64,000 nucleotides of DNA from Trichosphaerium sp. ATCC 40318 (lineage: Eukaryota; Protista; Tubulinea). Within the stretch, counting starts at the first letter, position 1. Every line of letters begins with the position of its first letter. Shown here piece by piece: positions 24,962 to 36,210 of the stretch. Location: NCBI GenBank assembly GCA_038496445.1, contig JALMLS010000504.1, positions 1 through 64,000 of the forward strand, in the 5' to 3' direction. A program made the translations under genes and the position numbers. The notes beneath the pieces were generated by a model. The model saw only the letters and a list, made by a program, of their open reading frames with translations. It made no database searches and was not told where the DNA came from.

Positions 24962-26555
24962 ATGAACACACCAGCAACGAATTTTGCAGGCGTTTCAGTT
25001 GAGCAAGCCATCATGTACTACGCTAAGAACTACGCAAACGAGTTTGGCGCAATAGTTGCAAAACAACCTAAAGCGTTCATTGATCAAATTGACAGTATCT
25101 TGTATGTTGCCAACACAAGGCTTGTACAAGAACTAGACCGTCATCTCTTCAAAAACATGGAAACTGATGGTAGCGCAACCAAACAGCATGTAGTACGCTC
25201 TACAGCTCTGGCAGTGCCGAAAACGCCAGCAAAGAAGCGCAATGGACAGCAAGAGGTCTTATTAGGGCCAAAACACAAACGAACAAGACTGTACGATTTT
25301 TAAATTGAAATTCAATCATGCTAATAATGAACATAGAAATCAATCAAGGCCTCTCAAAGTGAAACTCATCAATTTTCCTCCAGAAATTCTATCCACTATC
25401 TTGAATCATACAGAAGCTAAATCAAGATTCGCTGTTGCTCAATCTTGCCATTTGATGGCTGATATCATCCATTATGTTGTTGGATATAAAAAGGTGTTTA
25501 TTTATGATATTCCGGATATTCTAAAGATCAGACAGTATAACGGTATCATGAATAATTCTGTTATTGTTATGAATATTCAAAACAATACTTTGTTTTCTTT
25601 GTTATCTGGATGTCGATACCTTGATACTTCAACGAAAAGAAATCCAAAATTAAAGTATGGTAAAAACGGAGTTATCACTGATGATGATCTAAAGGCACTT
25701 GCGGGAGTACATTCTATTTGTCTTTATCGTTCTAAAAATATTACGGATGATGGTATCAAGGCACTAAGAGGTGTACATACTATTGATCTTACTTCCACAA
25801 TGGTGACAGATGAAGGAATCAAAGCACTTGCTGGAGTCCATACTATTGACCTTTTGAATTGTAAATACGTTACAGATGAAGGTGTCAAGTCATTGAAAGG
25901 TGTTCATACCATTAAGCTCACTTCTACTTCAGTAACAGATGAAGGTATCAAAGCATTGAAGGGCGTACATACAATATATCTTCCCCACACAAGAGTGACA
26001 AATGACGCTGTTAAAGCCTTGGCAGGTGTACACACCATAGATCTATCATACACTTCAGTGACTGATGAAGGCATCAAAGCATTAAGAGGCGCTCACACAG
26101 TATACCTTCAAAACACAAATGTAACAGATGAAGGTATCAAAGAGCTAGCAGGAGTTCACATTATCAATGTTGGTGGCACTAAAGTGTCAGATGAAGGAAT
26201 CAAAGCACTTGCAGGTGTTCATACAATTGACCTAGCTCGTACTGGAGTGTCTGATGATGGTATCACTGCACTTGCAGGAGTGCACGCTATCAATCTTGAG
26301 CGTACTTCTGTGACGGATAGAGGTATCAGAACATTAACAGGTGTTCACACACTCGGCATTAGAAGCGGCTGCAGCCGACTCTCAGATGATGCCATTCTAT
26401 CATTAGAAAGCCTTAGTTTTGTTCAAACGGACAGAACCCAAAAGAGAATGACTAGATATAGTGGGATTACAGACAAGCCTGTCGTTGTAGAGTACCGGGG
26501 TTCATTCATATACAATGCCCTGGGACTAAGTAACAAAGGTATACCATACCTCTAG
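24962..26555 (+). CDS. N-terminal helical domain + F-box + LRR protein (paralog 1); one intron at about 25291-25335 joins the two predicted ORFs
   Basis: LINFPPEILSTILNH...VAQSC (F-box); about 11 21-22-aa LRRs of consensus VTDEGIKALxGVHTIDL; splice agact|gtacg...catag|aaat keeps frame. Confidence 0.85.
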
Positions 26556-26947
26556 TATTACTGAACGTGACTGTATTTGGCACATCGATAAAAAAAAGTC
26601 AAATAAAAATCACTTTGTGAACATTGAGTTCAAACTACCTTGCTATACTGTTGCTTCCTTATTTTCACGGAGACTGCTGTATGTGGGAAAACCGAAATTA
26701 GGTTTCTTTTAATCGCTAATTTTAAGTTGAAATTGCTTAATGCTTGATTTCACGGTTTTTTTATTGACAACCTGTTGGGTGTACAGTCGTTTACACTTAA
26801 ACAAATTCAAGTAAATACCCCACGTAAGTGTGATACAGAACAAGACTTTTTTTTTAGTGCCACAGAGAAAGTACATAGCGCTGTATGGCATATAGAGAAC
26901 GACCAATGATGTAAGGAACACGAAATATCCTAATAATTTTAGGTTAG

Positions 26948-29594
26948 TTAATCTTTCCTAACACTAGGTGTAGCTGCGGGTGTAGATGTACTTGCAATAC
27001 CAGAGCTAGTCTTTCAGCTGAACAAAGAAAAAGATACGCACGTGGTTGATAGAAAAATGACAGGATAGAATATAAATTGCATCGTGTTAAATAACGTGAT
27101 TGCTGTAGTCTTTTCACTCTTCATAATATCGTCAAGTTGGTCCTGGCAGAGTCTAAAGAGTACGTTATATTAGATAAACAATGATAAGAAGTATGAATCC
27201 AGGAATACAGCAATAAGTATGAGTGAGGTTTTGTACTTTTTGGCTATTTGGTGCAACTCTTGATCACTCTTGTTTTCATCCAAACAATTCTAGTAGCAAG
27301 TAATCAATGACATGTTATGTTGAAGTGCAAGTGTACTAATTCATAAATGATAAAGTTAACAAATGAATGCTGAGTAGGTATCTCCGGACTCTCCAGTGCT
27401 GACATGAACATGACCAACCTATAAAAAATGGAAGTTTGCAAGAAAGAAAAAAACAAAAAAAAAGTTGTCGTGGTTGTACACTTTTTTTTTGTATTCTCGT
27501 AATGTTTCTTCCAAGTAAACTATGATTCTTTCAATCTTTACACTTTCAGGATCGCCTATTGGTATACGTCAGTCCAACATGATAACTTAGTATTGTACCT
27601 GGAGAACAAACATCTCCTTCAAGGAGGTAGGGTTCAACAAATGGTGTTAACTCATTAGGCCACGTGGACCCAGGTTCTAACAGCATCGTAAGACACCTTT
27701 CAAAACGTGCTGCTGCCTGGGAGCGTATATTTGGCTTTTCACCCGTATACCAATTACAAAACCTTTCTTCCACAGTACGACTCCATATTGCAAGTGATAC
27801 TTCTGACACAACTTGTTCAATTTCCTGAAAAGAAAATATCAGACAAAAAAAGACAGAGAAAAAACAATAACCATACATCAAATGATGCTTGTTGTGCATT
27901 AAAATAAGGATACGCTACACTAAGGTTTTGTATAGTATAGGCCATCAATGGTTCGTTTGTTTGAGCAGATGAACCCAGCTGATCTACAATACTATAAGTT
28001 TAAAACATGAAAAAAAACCACGTGTATCTTTACCAAACTGATTCAGTAACCATTGGAAAACAGAGAACTCTTCATTTACGGTTTTCCAGTTTACCACCAT
28101 GTTATCGTACTAAAAGATTATTAGTGATTTATAAAACAAAGCATTGACGAAAGCTGTCAACACATTGTTAAGACTGATGTCAAATTTATGAACAACTTAG
28201 TGAACAGAAAACAATAAAGAAGTACCTTGGGTATTATTTGATTTGATTGTAGGTAGTTAAGCCCTATTGCAGATAAGAATGACTTAGTTTGAGGATGGGA
28301 ATTGTGTACGTTCACATTGCTTGCTAATGTATGCAGCAATATCAAAATCGAATGGTTCTTGTCCAAAGTTTACCCTACAGCGGGCATTCTTTGATTTCAT
28401 GCCTATTGTCGCAAACAAATTGCCATAAAATTGCTGTGAAACAAATGTAAGAAATACAACCAAATACTCAAGAAGTAACATGCCCGCCTTTTAAATCCTT
28501 TATGTGTATGAGCTTGCCATTCTTTGTAAAGAAAATCTTATTTGCTTGAAAATCAAATCCACATCCTATTGTATCATGAAGACCCATTTTTGTTTGAATA
28601 TGTACGTCCATCCATGTTCTGTAACAAAAGATATAAATAATTTTCATAAAAAAAAAACCAAACACTTTACCATCATAAATACCGCCATCATCTCTACATA
28701 CAAACAATTAGCTCGGATACTTCTAGTGATATAAACTATACTTACGCGTGGTATCCAAATGAATATCTCATCCACCCTGGTATTGCATAATTTACGGAAA
28801 AAGAACTAAAAGCAAGCCCAATGCCAATTTCACTGAATTTAAAAAGTTTGTGAAAGAAATTGACTTGCGAACAACAATTTACCCAGGATATTCTCCAGCA
28901 TTTATAACATAAACCTCGTAGTATCCGACTACTGGTTTTTTCCCAAAAGGGAGTGGTCTCATTGGCGTTGATGCTTGACAACTCTAGTACACCAAAAAGT
29001 AAAAATAGAACCAAGAATAAATCAATAGTAATTTTGCGTACCATAGCAGTACCATCACCAATGTACGTTATCTCGGTTTTGTCATTTGATACAGAAAGAA
29101 TTTTGTCATGTATAGCTACATGAAGTCACGTGATATAGCACAATAAAATCTAAAAATAGTTTTTTCTACTACTAACCTTCTTCTACGAGTGTCTGTGATG
29201 CCATGTATTCTTGTAGATTATATCGCTCTCTACACAGCTGTTTCCACGTTTTTTGTCTTGGAAGTTCTTTAATCCATTTGTAGCTATTGCAAATACCAGC
29301 CTAGGTATCTCATAAGGCCTGATATTGATAAAACAAGGTGTGTTTACCCAAAAAGATTCGGAAGAATAAACCTTTTCCCAACCTTTTGATACCAACGGAA
29401 GCGCAGCTGAGCAGTTAGCATATCATACGCGTAAACCAGTGCAACGTACCTGTGTCTTTGATTGGTATTAACGTAAATATCGCATGTGCTATCTAAAAAC
29501 AACAATATAAGGCTTGTTTTAGTGTAGATTGTTTCTAACTAACCTCAAGAGGCACTCTAGGATGAGATAAATCTGTGACTAGTGGTGAACTCAT
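26948..29594 (-). CDS. F-box + SPRY/B30.2 (RanBP9/10-type) domain protein, multi-exon
   Basis: N-terminal RVPLE|IAHAIF..IP..D..LPLVSKGWEKV.SSESFW (F-box); SPRY motifs IGIGLA, PGW...SFGYHA.DDG, DTIGCGFDF...IFFTKNG, LFATIGM...RVNFGQEPFDFDI. The 3' end is approximate. Confidence 0.82.
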
Positions 29595-29707
29595 CGTAAA
29601 CACAAAATTATGTGATTTTCTGAATTGCTAGATCTCGCATGAAGTTGTTTAAGTACCCTTAAGTCACCGATTGTGGATTTTGATCATAGTAACCATATAG
29701 CGCAAAG

Positions 29708-31810
29708 ATGCTACCTCAACTACTAGTAATGGTGTTATCTGTTTTAACGTACAACTATATCGTTGCGCCTAGAGAGTACGATTATTTTAACTGTCTTTTG
29801 TTGTAACAATGTTTTAGTGGGTTTGATGGCATTGAACGAGAGGTTGAAACGATTTTAAACGGTTTATTAAAACATATAAGGTTCCAACGCCGCCAGAGCT
29901 CGTAGGGCCTTACGCTGTAAATACAGAGCTACAAAACGTAGAAATGGTAATAAACAACAAGTGGCACGGTGTAGAAGATGTGGCGTGTAAAGACGGTACG
30001 ACAGTGACAAGTGAACGAAATGAAACGTCAACAAACAACATCTGATTTAGAAAAATATAATAACGTCTCCCAACGCTTAAACAAGCGATAAATGACGTTA
30101 TAAGGCGTTTTTTAGCTCTTTTTGATATTAAAATGATAGATTAACTTAAACTAGGTTATTTGTACGCTTCTGCGTACCAAAACAATACCATATTACGTGT
30201 TGACTTGAAAACAGGCGAATTGAGTAAAGTTATAACTTATCCGGGGAAACCACTTGGTATTTTTTACTCCCTCTCGCTTTTTTCTGACTCTCTTCAGGTA
30301 TAGCGTTTGACAATAATGGTGATATGATCATTGCAGATGCTGAGTTAGGTACGCATTTTTTTTATTACTCTTCTATGCGCCACAACAGTACAACCAAGCT
30401 ACAGTTGAAATTGTTATTTTATCACGTGGGGTTTTTTTTTTTTCAGTGTTTGAGTAGTACCTACTGAACGAAGTAACTCTTCACCTTTATTCTTGTTGAG
30501 AAAATGTTCTTTCAGAGTTCGCTACCATCTTGAAGCGTCATATAGGCGTGGCTTGGTTGAAAAAAAGCAACATTCTTGGTTCGCAGCTTTAACTTTTTTT
30601 GTTCAGGTGTTATCAAACTTGATATGGAAACGAATATGATTACTTTACTCTTTTCTGAAGCCAATGGTACTCCTTTTGCTTTCACAGACTACGCTGTTGC
30701 TGCTAAGGATGGCATGATTTATGTTACTGGTTAGTTCAACACTATGCTTTGTTACTAAAAAAAGCAATGTAGATGCAAGCACAAAGTTCAACAGCGAGGA
30801 GTCTGCACTGTACGATAATTTTGGTTTTGTATTGTTTTATCTCATACCATCCGTAAAAGGGTTCTCTTGGAAGGTCAAGAAGCCGGCAGACTTGTATCTT
30901 ATGATCCAAAAACAAAAGAGTACGAAAAATATAAGAAAAAAAAAAAGAACAAGACAAGTGACCCTATTACAGAACCAAAGTACTTGCAGATGATTTATTT
31001 TTTCCAAATGGAATAGCATTGAGTGAAGAAGAGGATTTCTTATATTTAAGTCATTTGGGATATCGTAGCATTATAAAATTCTACATCAAAGGTGAATGCA
31101 AAAAGAAGAAAAAACTCAGAATAACTTAAACATGACTACTCACTTAATAAAACTAGGACCAAAGGCAGGTACTCGCGAACCATTTGCAGAAAATTTACCA
31201 GGGTATCCTGATAATATACATCGCTCTGGAAGAGGTACTTGCACTTTTGTCAACGAGAACTTTCTTTTTTTTTTTTTGCTCTTTTTTATTATCTTTATCT
31301 TAAAAGTTTTTATTTTTAGGTACTCTGTGGGTTGGTATTTCTAATCCAGTATCATCTGCTGAAGCTTTATATCCTTATGTCATATTCAAAACAATGGCCG
31401 CCAATCTCATTAAGCTTGGTCTTAATATGCACGTGCTTTCGAAACAATTGATAAAAAAATTCATAGAATTGCCGAGCTCATTTTTTGTTTGTTAGTATTC
31501 GTAAAGAGGCCATAGTAGCTGAAATAGACGAAAAGACAGGAAAAGTAATTCGCATGCTATGGGACCAAACAGGTACAATGAAAATTTTTACAATTGTGCT
31601 CTTTTAGGAGCTGATCAACGTAAACTTTTTTTTGTTGATAATTGTATTTTAGGTTCGAAGATTTATGCAACATCAACTGCCTATGAGCATGAAGGATATC
31701 TATATGTTGGATCTTTCAAGGGTATGTATTTTACTTAGTTTAATAACATATTAGTGTGATCATTAATAATTGTGAGCATAGGACCAGGATTAGTAAAGTA
31801 CAAGTTGTAA
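29708..31810 (+). CDS. Strictosidine synthase-like / APMAP six-bladed beta-propeller, multi-exon
   Basis: [37 protein letters not shown]...[61 protein letters not shown]; TAA at 31808-31810. Divergent from the F-box-SPRY gene across about 113 bp. Confidence 0.88.
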
Positions 31811-32273
31811 CTCTTTGATTTTTTGAATTACAAAAACAAGTCAACATAACGTTAAGTTTTGGCTTCATGAATAAATAGCAGACATAAAAATGTTTTTCCT
31901 AGACAAGAGCCCCTGTTTATCTTTACAGAAACTCCACAATTCAGACCATTTGAGTTTTATAGTAATACATACAATGTAATCAACTAAAAAGCAGGAAATC
32001 TAGAGAATATAGATCTTGATTAATTCCACGTATTAGCTGATTGTAAGGCAGTACGCCGTAGAGAAAATTTGTATTTACCATTGTCACTTTAGCTTTTCTT
32101 TACAATCTCTTTATTTCGCTTACAATCTAGACATAGTCTATTTTCGAGAAACTTGATTGCACGTGACAACCTTATTTATTGATAGGGGTTGATAGAAACG
32201 ATTTTAGCTACTGATTGATTGGTAGCAAGGGTTTTGGTTGTTGTTTTTTTTGCGACTGGTTTCAGATCGTTCG

Positions 32274-33368
32274 TCAACAAAATAGTGCACTATTCCAGAA
32301 TCCAAAAGGAAAATCGCCATAATCCTTCCATACATGTGCTGATGGATGCTCGAATTGCAAGAGAACCAAATCTTTGCATTTAGTTTTATGCGGTATAGAA
32401 GGTAATATTAAACCTGGTACACCATCTCTTGTTGTATTTTGAAAAGTACCTTGAAACTGTACTTTCTTTTTCACCAAATCATCAATTCTTCTCTGAGTCT
32501 CGTTGTAAGTTTCAGCAACATAAGTACTTTTAAAAATCACGTGTGGCCCATTAAATACACATGTACCCATCGTTAATGACTTATAGTAGCTATTACTTGA
32601 CAAAGAATAACCTGAATCACGGCGTTTTATAAGAGTGAAAACGAATGACAAGATACCATCTTTGGGTTCGTTGAACAACTTAAGAATCCATAGATGTGTG
32701 AAGCCGCTGTGATTTGAGGTAGGCTTACTATAATCTTTCTTATATGTTCCTATACGTTTAACACAAGGATCTAAGTACTCACCAATGTACCTTACAATCT
32801 CAAAGGGAAGACATGAAAAAATTTCACTGTGTTTCCAAACAAGAATCAACATAATCCTGTCTTTCTTGTATAACTCTCCTGACGGATCTGGGTGGTACAT
32901 AGTACGTGTGAGTGCTTTCCAAGATGAGTTCTCTGATAGTTTTCTGGGTATTGAGTTCCTTTGAAGCGATGTAAACAATGTATTGTGATGAAGAACAAGT
33001 TCATTCAAGTCTTCAAGTTGAGATGATGTTATGTTCAGTTTAAGGCTATTAATCAAGCTTGTAGGTGTTATACTTTCATCTAGAGAATATACATCACCCG
33101 CAACAGGTAGTTTGACCAGCTTTAAGCAATTTCTATCGTGTTCGTTGTTACAATAGAAAATAAGACCATATTTTGCTCCTCCGTATTGTGTGATGAACGT
33201 TGAGAGTCGGTTGAACGGACTTGAGTCTGATAACGCGATAGCCAGGCGAATATAGTTTAGCAGGGTAACATTACATCCTAGCCCTCCCAGTCTCTTTGAA
33301 ATCTCCAAAAACTGCCGTCTTGTACTTTTATTGGCTTCCATACGTAACCTTGAAGATATACTTTCCAC
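32274..33368 (-). CDS. Intronless hypothetical protein with an internal F-box-like motif
   Basis: 364-aa open frame (first ATG about 33341) containing IFSCLPFEIVRYIGEYL; no other recognisable domain. Confidence 0.6.
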   Translation of the reverse strand: MESISSRLRMEANKSTRRQFLEISKRLGGLGCNVTLLNYIRLAIALSDSSPFNRLSTFITQYGGAKYGLIFYCNNEHDRNCLKLVKLPVAGDVYSLDESITPTSLINSLKLNITSSQLEDLNELVLHHNTLFTSLQRNSIPRKLSENSSWKALTRTMYHPDPSGELYKKDRIMLILVWKHSEIFSCLPFEIVRYIGEYLDPCVKRIGTYKKDYSKPTSNHSGFTHLWILKLFNEPKDGILSFVFTLIKRRDSGYSLSSNSYYKSLTMGTCVFNGPHVIFKSTYVAETYNETQRRIDDLVKKKVQFQGTFQNTTRDGVPGLILPSIPHKTKCKDLVLLQFEHPSAHVWKDYGDFPFGFWNSALFC

Positions 33369-33495
33369 TGACTTATGAGTATTGCAAAATCACGTGTTGG
33401 TAAACGAAGCGAAGGATTTTGTTAGGGTAGCGGGAAATGTGAAATGGAATGTGCTAGCGTAAGACAACCATAACGTCCAAAAGCAAAAGATTATT

Positions 33496-33566
33496 TGCAT
33501 CATCCGGGAATCGAACCCGGAACACAACCTTGGAAGGGTAGTATGATACCTTTACACCAATGATGC
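33496..33566 (-). tRNA. trnG-UCC: tRNA-Gly (anticodon UCC)
   Basis: GCATCAT TG GTGTAAAGGTATCAT A CTACC CTTCCAA GGTTG TGTT CCGGG TTCGATT CCCGG ATGATGC A: acceptor stem, T-arm with GGTTCGATTCC B-box, TCC anticodon, followed by a TTTT terminator. Confidence 0.93.
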
Positions 33567-34292
33567 ATGAGTTATATACCTTTTAACCAACACGAGCGGC
33601 ACCCGGTGAAATTTGATTTAACTAATCAATCTAGGTGATGCCGATGGATGTCATAAAAATATCATTTGCATTCACCTGGTTTTGATCTTGTGGTGTATTA
33701 CTGTCCACTCAACTCAATACATAATAACCTTTTATACAACACCTAATGATGCATTAGTTATATACCTTTTAACCAACACGAGCGGCACCCGGTGAAATTT
33801 GGTTTAACTAATCAATCTAAGTGATCCGATGGATGTCATAAAAATATTATTTGCATTCACCTGGTTTTGATCTTGTGGTGTATTACTGTTCACTCAACTC
33901 AAACATAATAACCTTTTAACCCAACACCAATGATGCATTGGATACATACCTTTTAACCAACACAAGCGGCAGCTGATGAAATTTGATTTAACTAATCAAT
34001 CTAAGTGATCCAATGGATGTCATAAAAATATTCACCCGGTTTTGATCTTGTGGTGTATTACTGTCCACTTAACTCAATACGTAATAACCTTTTAACCAAC
34101 ACAATGATGCATTGGATACATACCTTTAACCAACACGAGCGGCACCCGGTGAAATTTGATTTAACTAATCAATCTAAGTGATCCGATGGATATCATAAAA
34201 ATATTATTTGTATTCACCTGGTTTTGATCTTGTAGTGTATTACTGTTCACTCAACTCAAACATAATAACCTTTTAACCCAACACAATGATGC
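33567..34292 (-). repeat. Tandem array of four ~174-186-bp units directly 5' of tRNA-Gly, each containing an ~85-nt tRNA-Gly-derived segment
   Basis: The ATGATGC anchor ends at 33566, 33752, 33936, 34110 and 34292; units share ccttttaaccaacacgagcggcacccggtgaaatttg...ttcacctggttttgatcttgtggtgtattactg. Confidence 0.92.
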
Positions 34293-34575
34293 ATTGGATG
34301 GTTACTCTTTATCTAGCTCCTTGTCTCTGTCACCAATTGTGTTGACTAATCAATCAAACACAGACGCACAGTAATATTTAGTGGATCAACATACAACCAC
34401 AAAGTATTCCAACCTACAACTTTTAGAAAGGTGGCTTGTACAGTTGTAATTGTCCAAAGATGGTAACACCCACCGTTTTACCCAACACAACACTAAGAGT
34501 TCACCTTTAATATTTTTTTTTTTTTTTTTTTTATCTTTTTACTTTTATTGGTTTAATTAGGTTGTATTATGGTAC

Positions 34576-34712
34576 GACGCTGGCACGTGGCCCTCCAAAA
34601 TTTGTGAGAACAAATTTCGGAGCCTGATCGGGCAAGCTGGTAATTATCATTGTAATTATTATTATGAATAAAGTGAGGGCTACGGCGCTCGCCTCTTGTT
34701 TGAAAAAAAAAA
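34576..34712 (+). repeat. Interspersed repeat module B, copy 2, ending in AATAAA and an A-tract
   Basis: Reverse complement of 13760-13909. Confidence 0.85.
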
Positions 34713-34721
34713 AAAGAGCTT

Positions 34722-34922
34722 ACCTTTAATTCCTGTGGCTACGCTTGAAAACTCTTGCAGTCACGTGACGTGGCGAAAGCGCCGTGAATATCACAAATAT
34801 TGGCGTATACGCCACAAACGGCGCAAGAGTATGGCACCACGTAAGAAAGAAATCCCGTTTCAGTGCGTAGTTAATCGCTTGTGCTGTGTCAACGTACACC
34901 ACGGATTACAGTTACAAAAAAA
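34722..34922 (+). repeat. Interspersed ~200-bp palindrome-rich SINE-like element, module C copy 1
   Basis: Near-identical to 62832-63039 (cgcttgaaaactcttgcagtcacgtgacgtggc...caccacgtaagaaagaaatcccgtttcagtgcg...cacggattacag); both copies end in an A-run. Confidence 0.85.
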
Positions 34923-35076
34923 GACAATCTACAATAATGTGACGCTATTCGTTGGACTGTTGAGTGTGAATACCCACAGCGTAATTGGCTAGGTAATGAG
35001 AAACAGAATCAAACTGCTAAAGGAGTAAATAAGTTTGACCACATACCAAAACAGTTTGTTATAGATATTTGACGTA

Positions 35077-35229
35077 GATCCACTAAATATTACTGTGCGT
35101 CTGTGTTTGATTGATTAGTCAACACAATTGGTGACAGAGACAAGGAGCTAGATAAAGAGTAACCATCCAATGCATCATTGGTGTAAAGGTATCATACTAC
35201 CCTTCCAAGGTTGTGTTCCGGGTTTGATT
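35077..35229 (+). pseudogene. Inverted duplicate of the tRNA-Gly upstream flank plus a 3'-truncated tRNA-Gly pseudogene (35172-35229)
   Basis: 35077-35180 is the reverse complement of about 34284-34387; then GCATCATTGGTGTAAAGG...CTTCCAAGG...CCGGGTTTGATT, with a B-box C>T change and no 3' acceptor strand. Confidence 0.88.
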
Positions 35230-36210
35230 TTTCACTAACTGCTATCTATGTTCTAAAAGCTCTTTGCAGTGAAAGCTAATCGATATTTTTGAGTTTTAGG
35301 CAAGTGCCTAAACAGGAAGCGTGTACCAAATTTGTTGTTTCTGTTAACTGTTGGTTTTAATTTGCTTTTTGCCACGTTTATTCGCAGAGACTGACTTTGT
35401 AACAGGTTTGGAGCACGTATAAATTTGCACTCTAACACCTTTACCAATACACTGCACGAGCATTACTTTTAAGGAAATGAACGAATAATACAGACTGCAG
35501 CTGTCACTTCCAGTTGAGCGGTGATCACAGATGAGGGTGTCAAGGCAATTGAGATAGTAATTATTTGTAAATAGAAACTATGTAGTACAATTAATGGTAA
35601 GACTCCTACTACAGAACCGCCAACAACTGCCGCCCAACTGCCTCTCGTGCTACCGCAGGCCGATACCTATACAAGTTGCATCAATTACACCAACTACAAA
35701 GGTAGCGCCAACCCAAGAACGCTTGTTATGCATTTGATTAAACTTGGTATTCTGTATGTCTGTCTTCCACTAACAATAAAAAAGTCTTGGTTGTTTTCGA
35801 CCTTCTTTTTCGCAGTTGCAACAGCTCTATTGAGTACCTACAATCGCCTAATAATCATAAGTGATGTATAGTAGCCCAAAATAATCGACTGACTTACAAT
35901 AATACATCTTCACTCGAAGTAGGGACCACCTTCAACATTTATAACGACACAATGTAAACATAATATTTAGTGATGTACTAAACATTTGTCTGCCAGCAAC
36001 TAAACAACACGGTATCCGGGTTGTTAGCGTAGCAAGACGTACAACTTTCCTTTAATATTAACATAAGAAGACTCCTTCGTCATTACTTTTATAGAACTCT
36101 ACCAGTAAAAAACAAGACTTACGTTACGGTTTTTTTTTTATTTTTCTACGATAAAGAGTTACAAAAAAAAAAGAAGCTCTCTGTCTCTATTGAAACAACT
36201 TCTTTCAAAG

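Noticed and set aside
24962-26555. Two-gene operon or toxin-antitoxin-like pair (also 47547-48793)
   Set aside because: A GT-AG intron joins the two ORFs in frame in both paralogs.
18308-33368. Contiguous endogenous giant-virus insertion
   Set aside because: No viral hallmark genes (capsid, polB, packaging ATPase) were seen, and the virus-like repeat genes are interspersed with intron-rich host genes.
33567-34292. CRISPR-like array next to the tRNA
   Set aside because: Whole units are near-identical with no unique spacers, there are no cas genes, and the context is eukaryotic.
35480-35960. Possible gene between the tRNA pseudogene and the MACPF gene
   Set aside because: Only disconnected fragments (one LRR-like VITDEGVKAI, a short P/T-rich piece) with no coherent frame.
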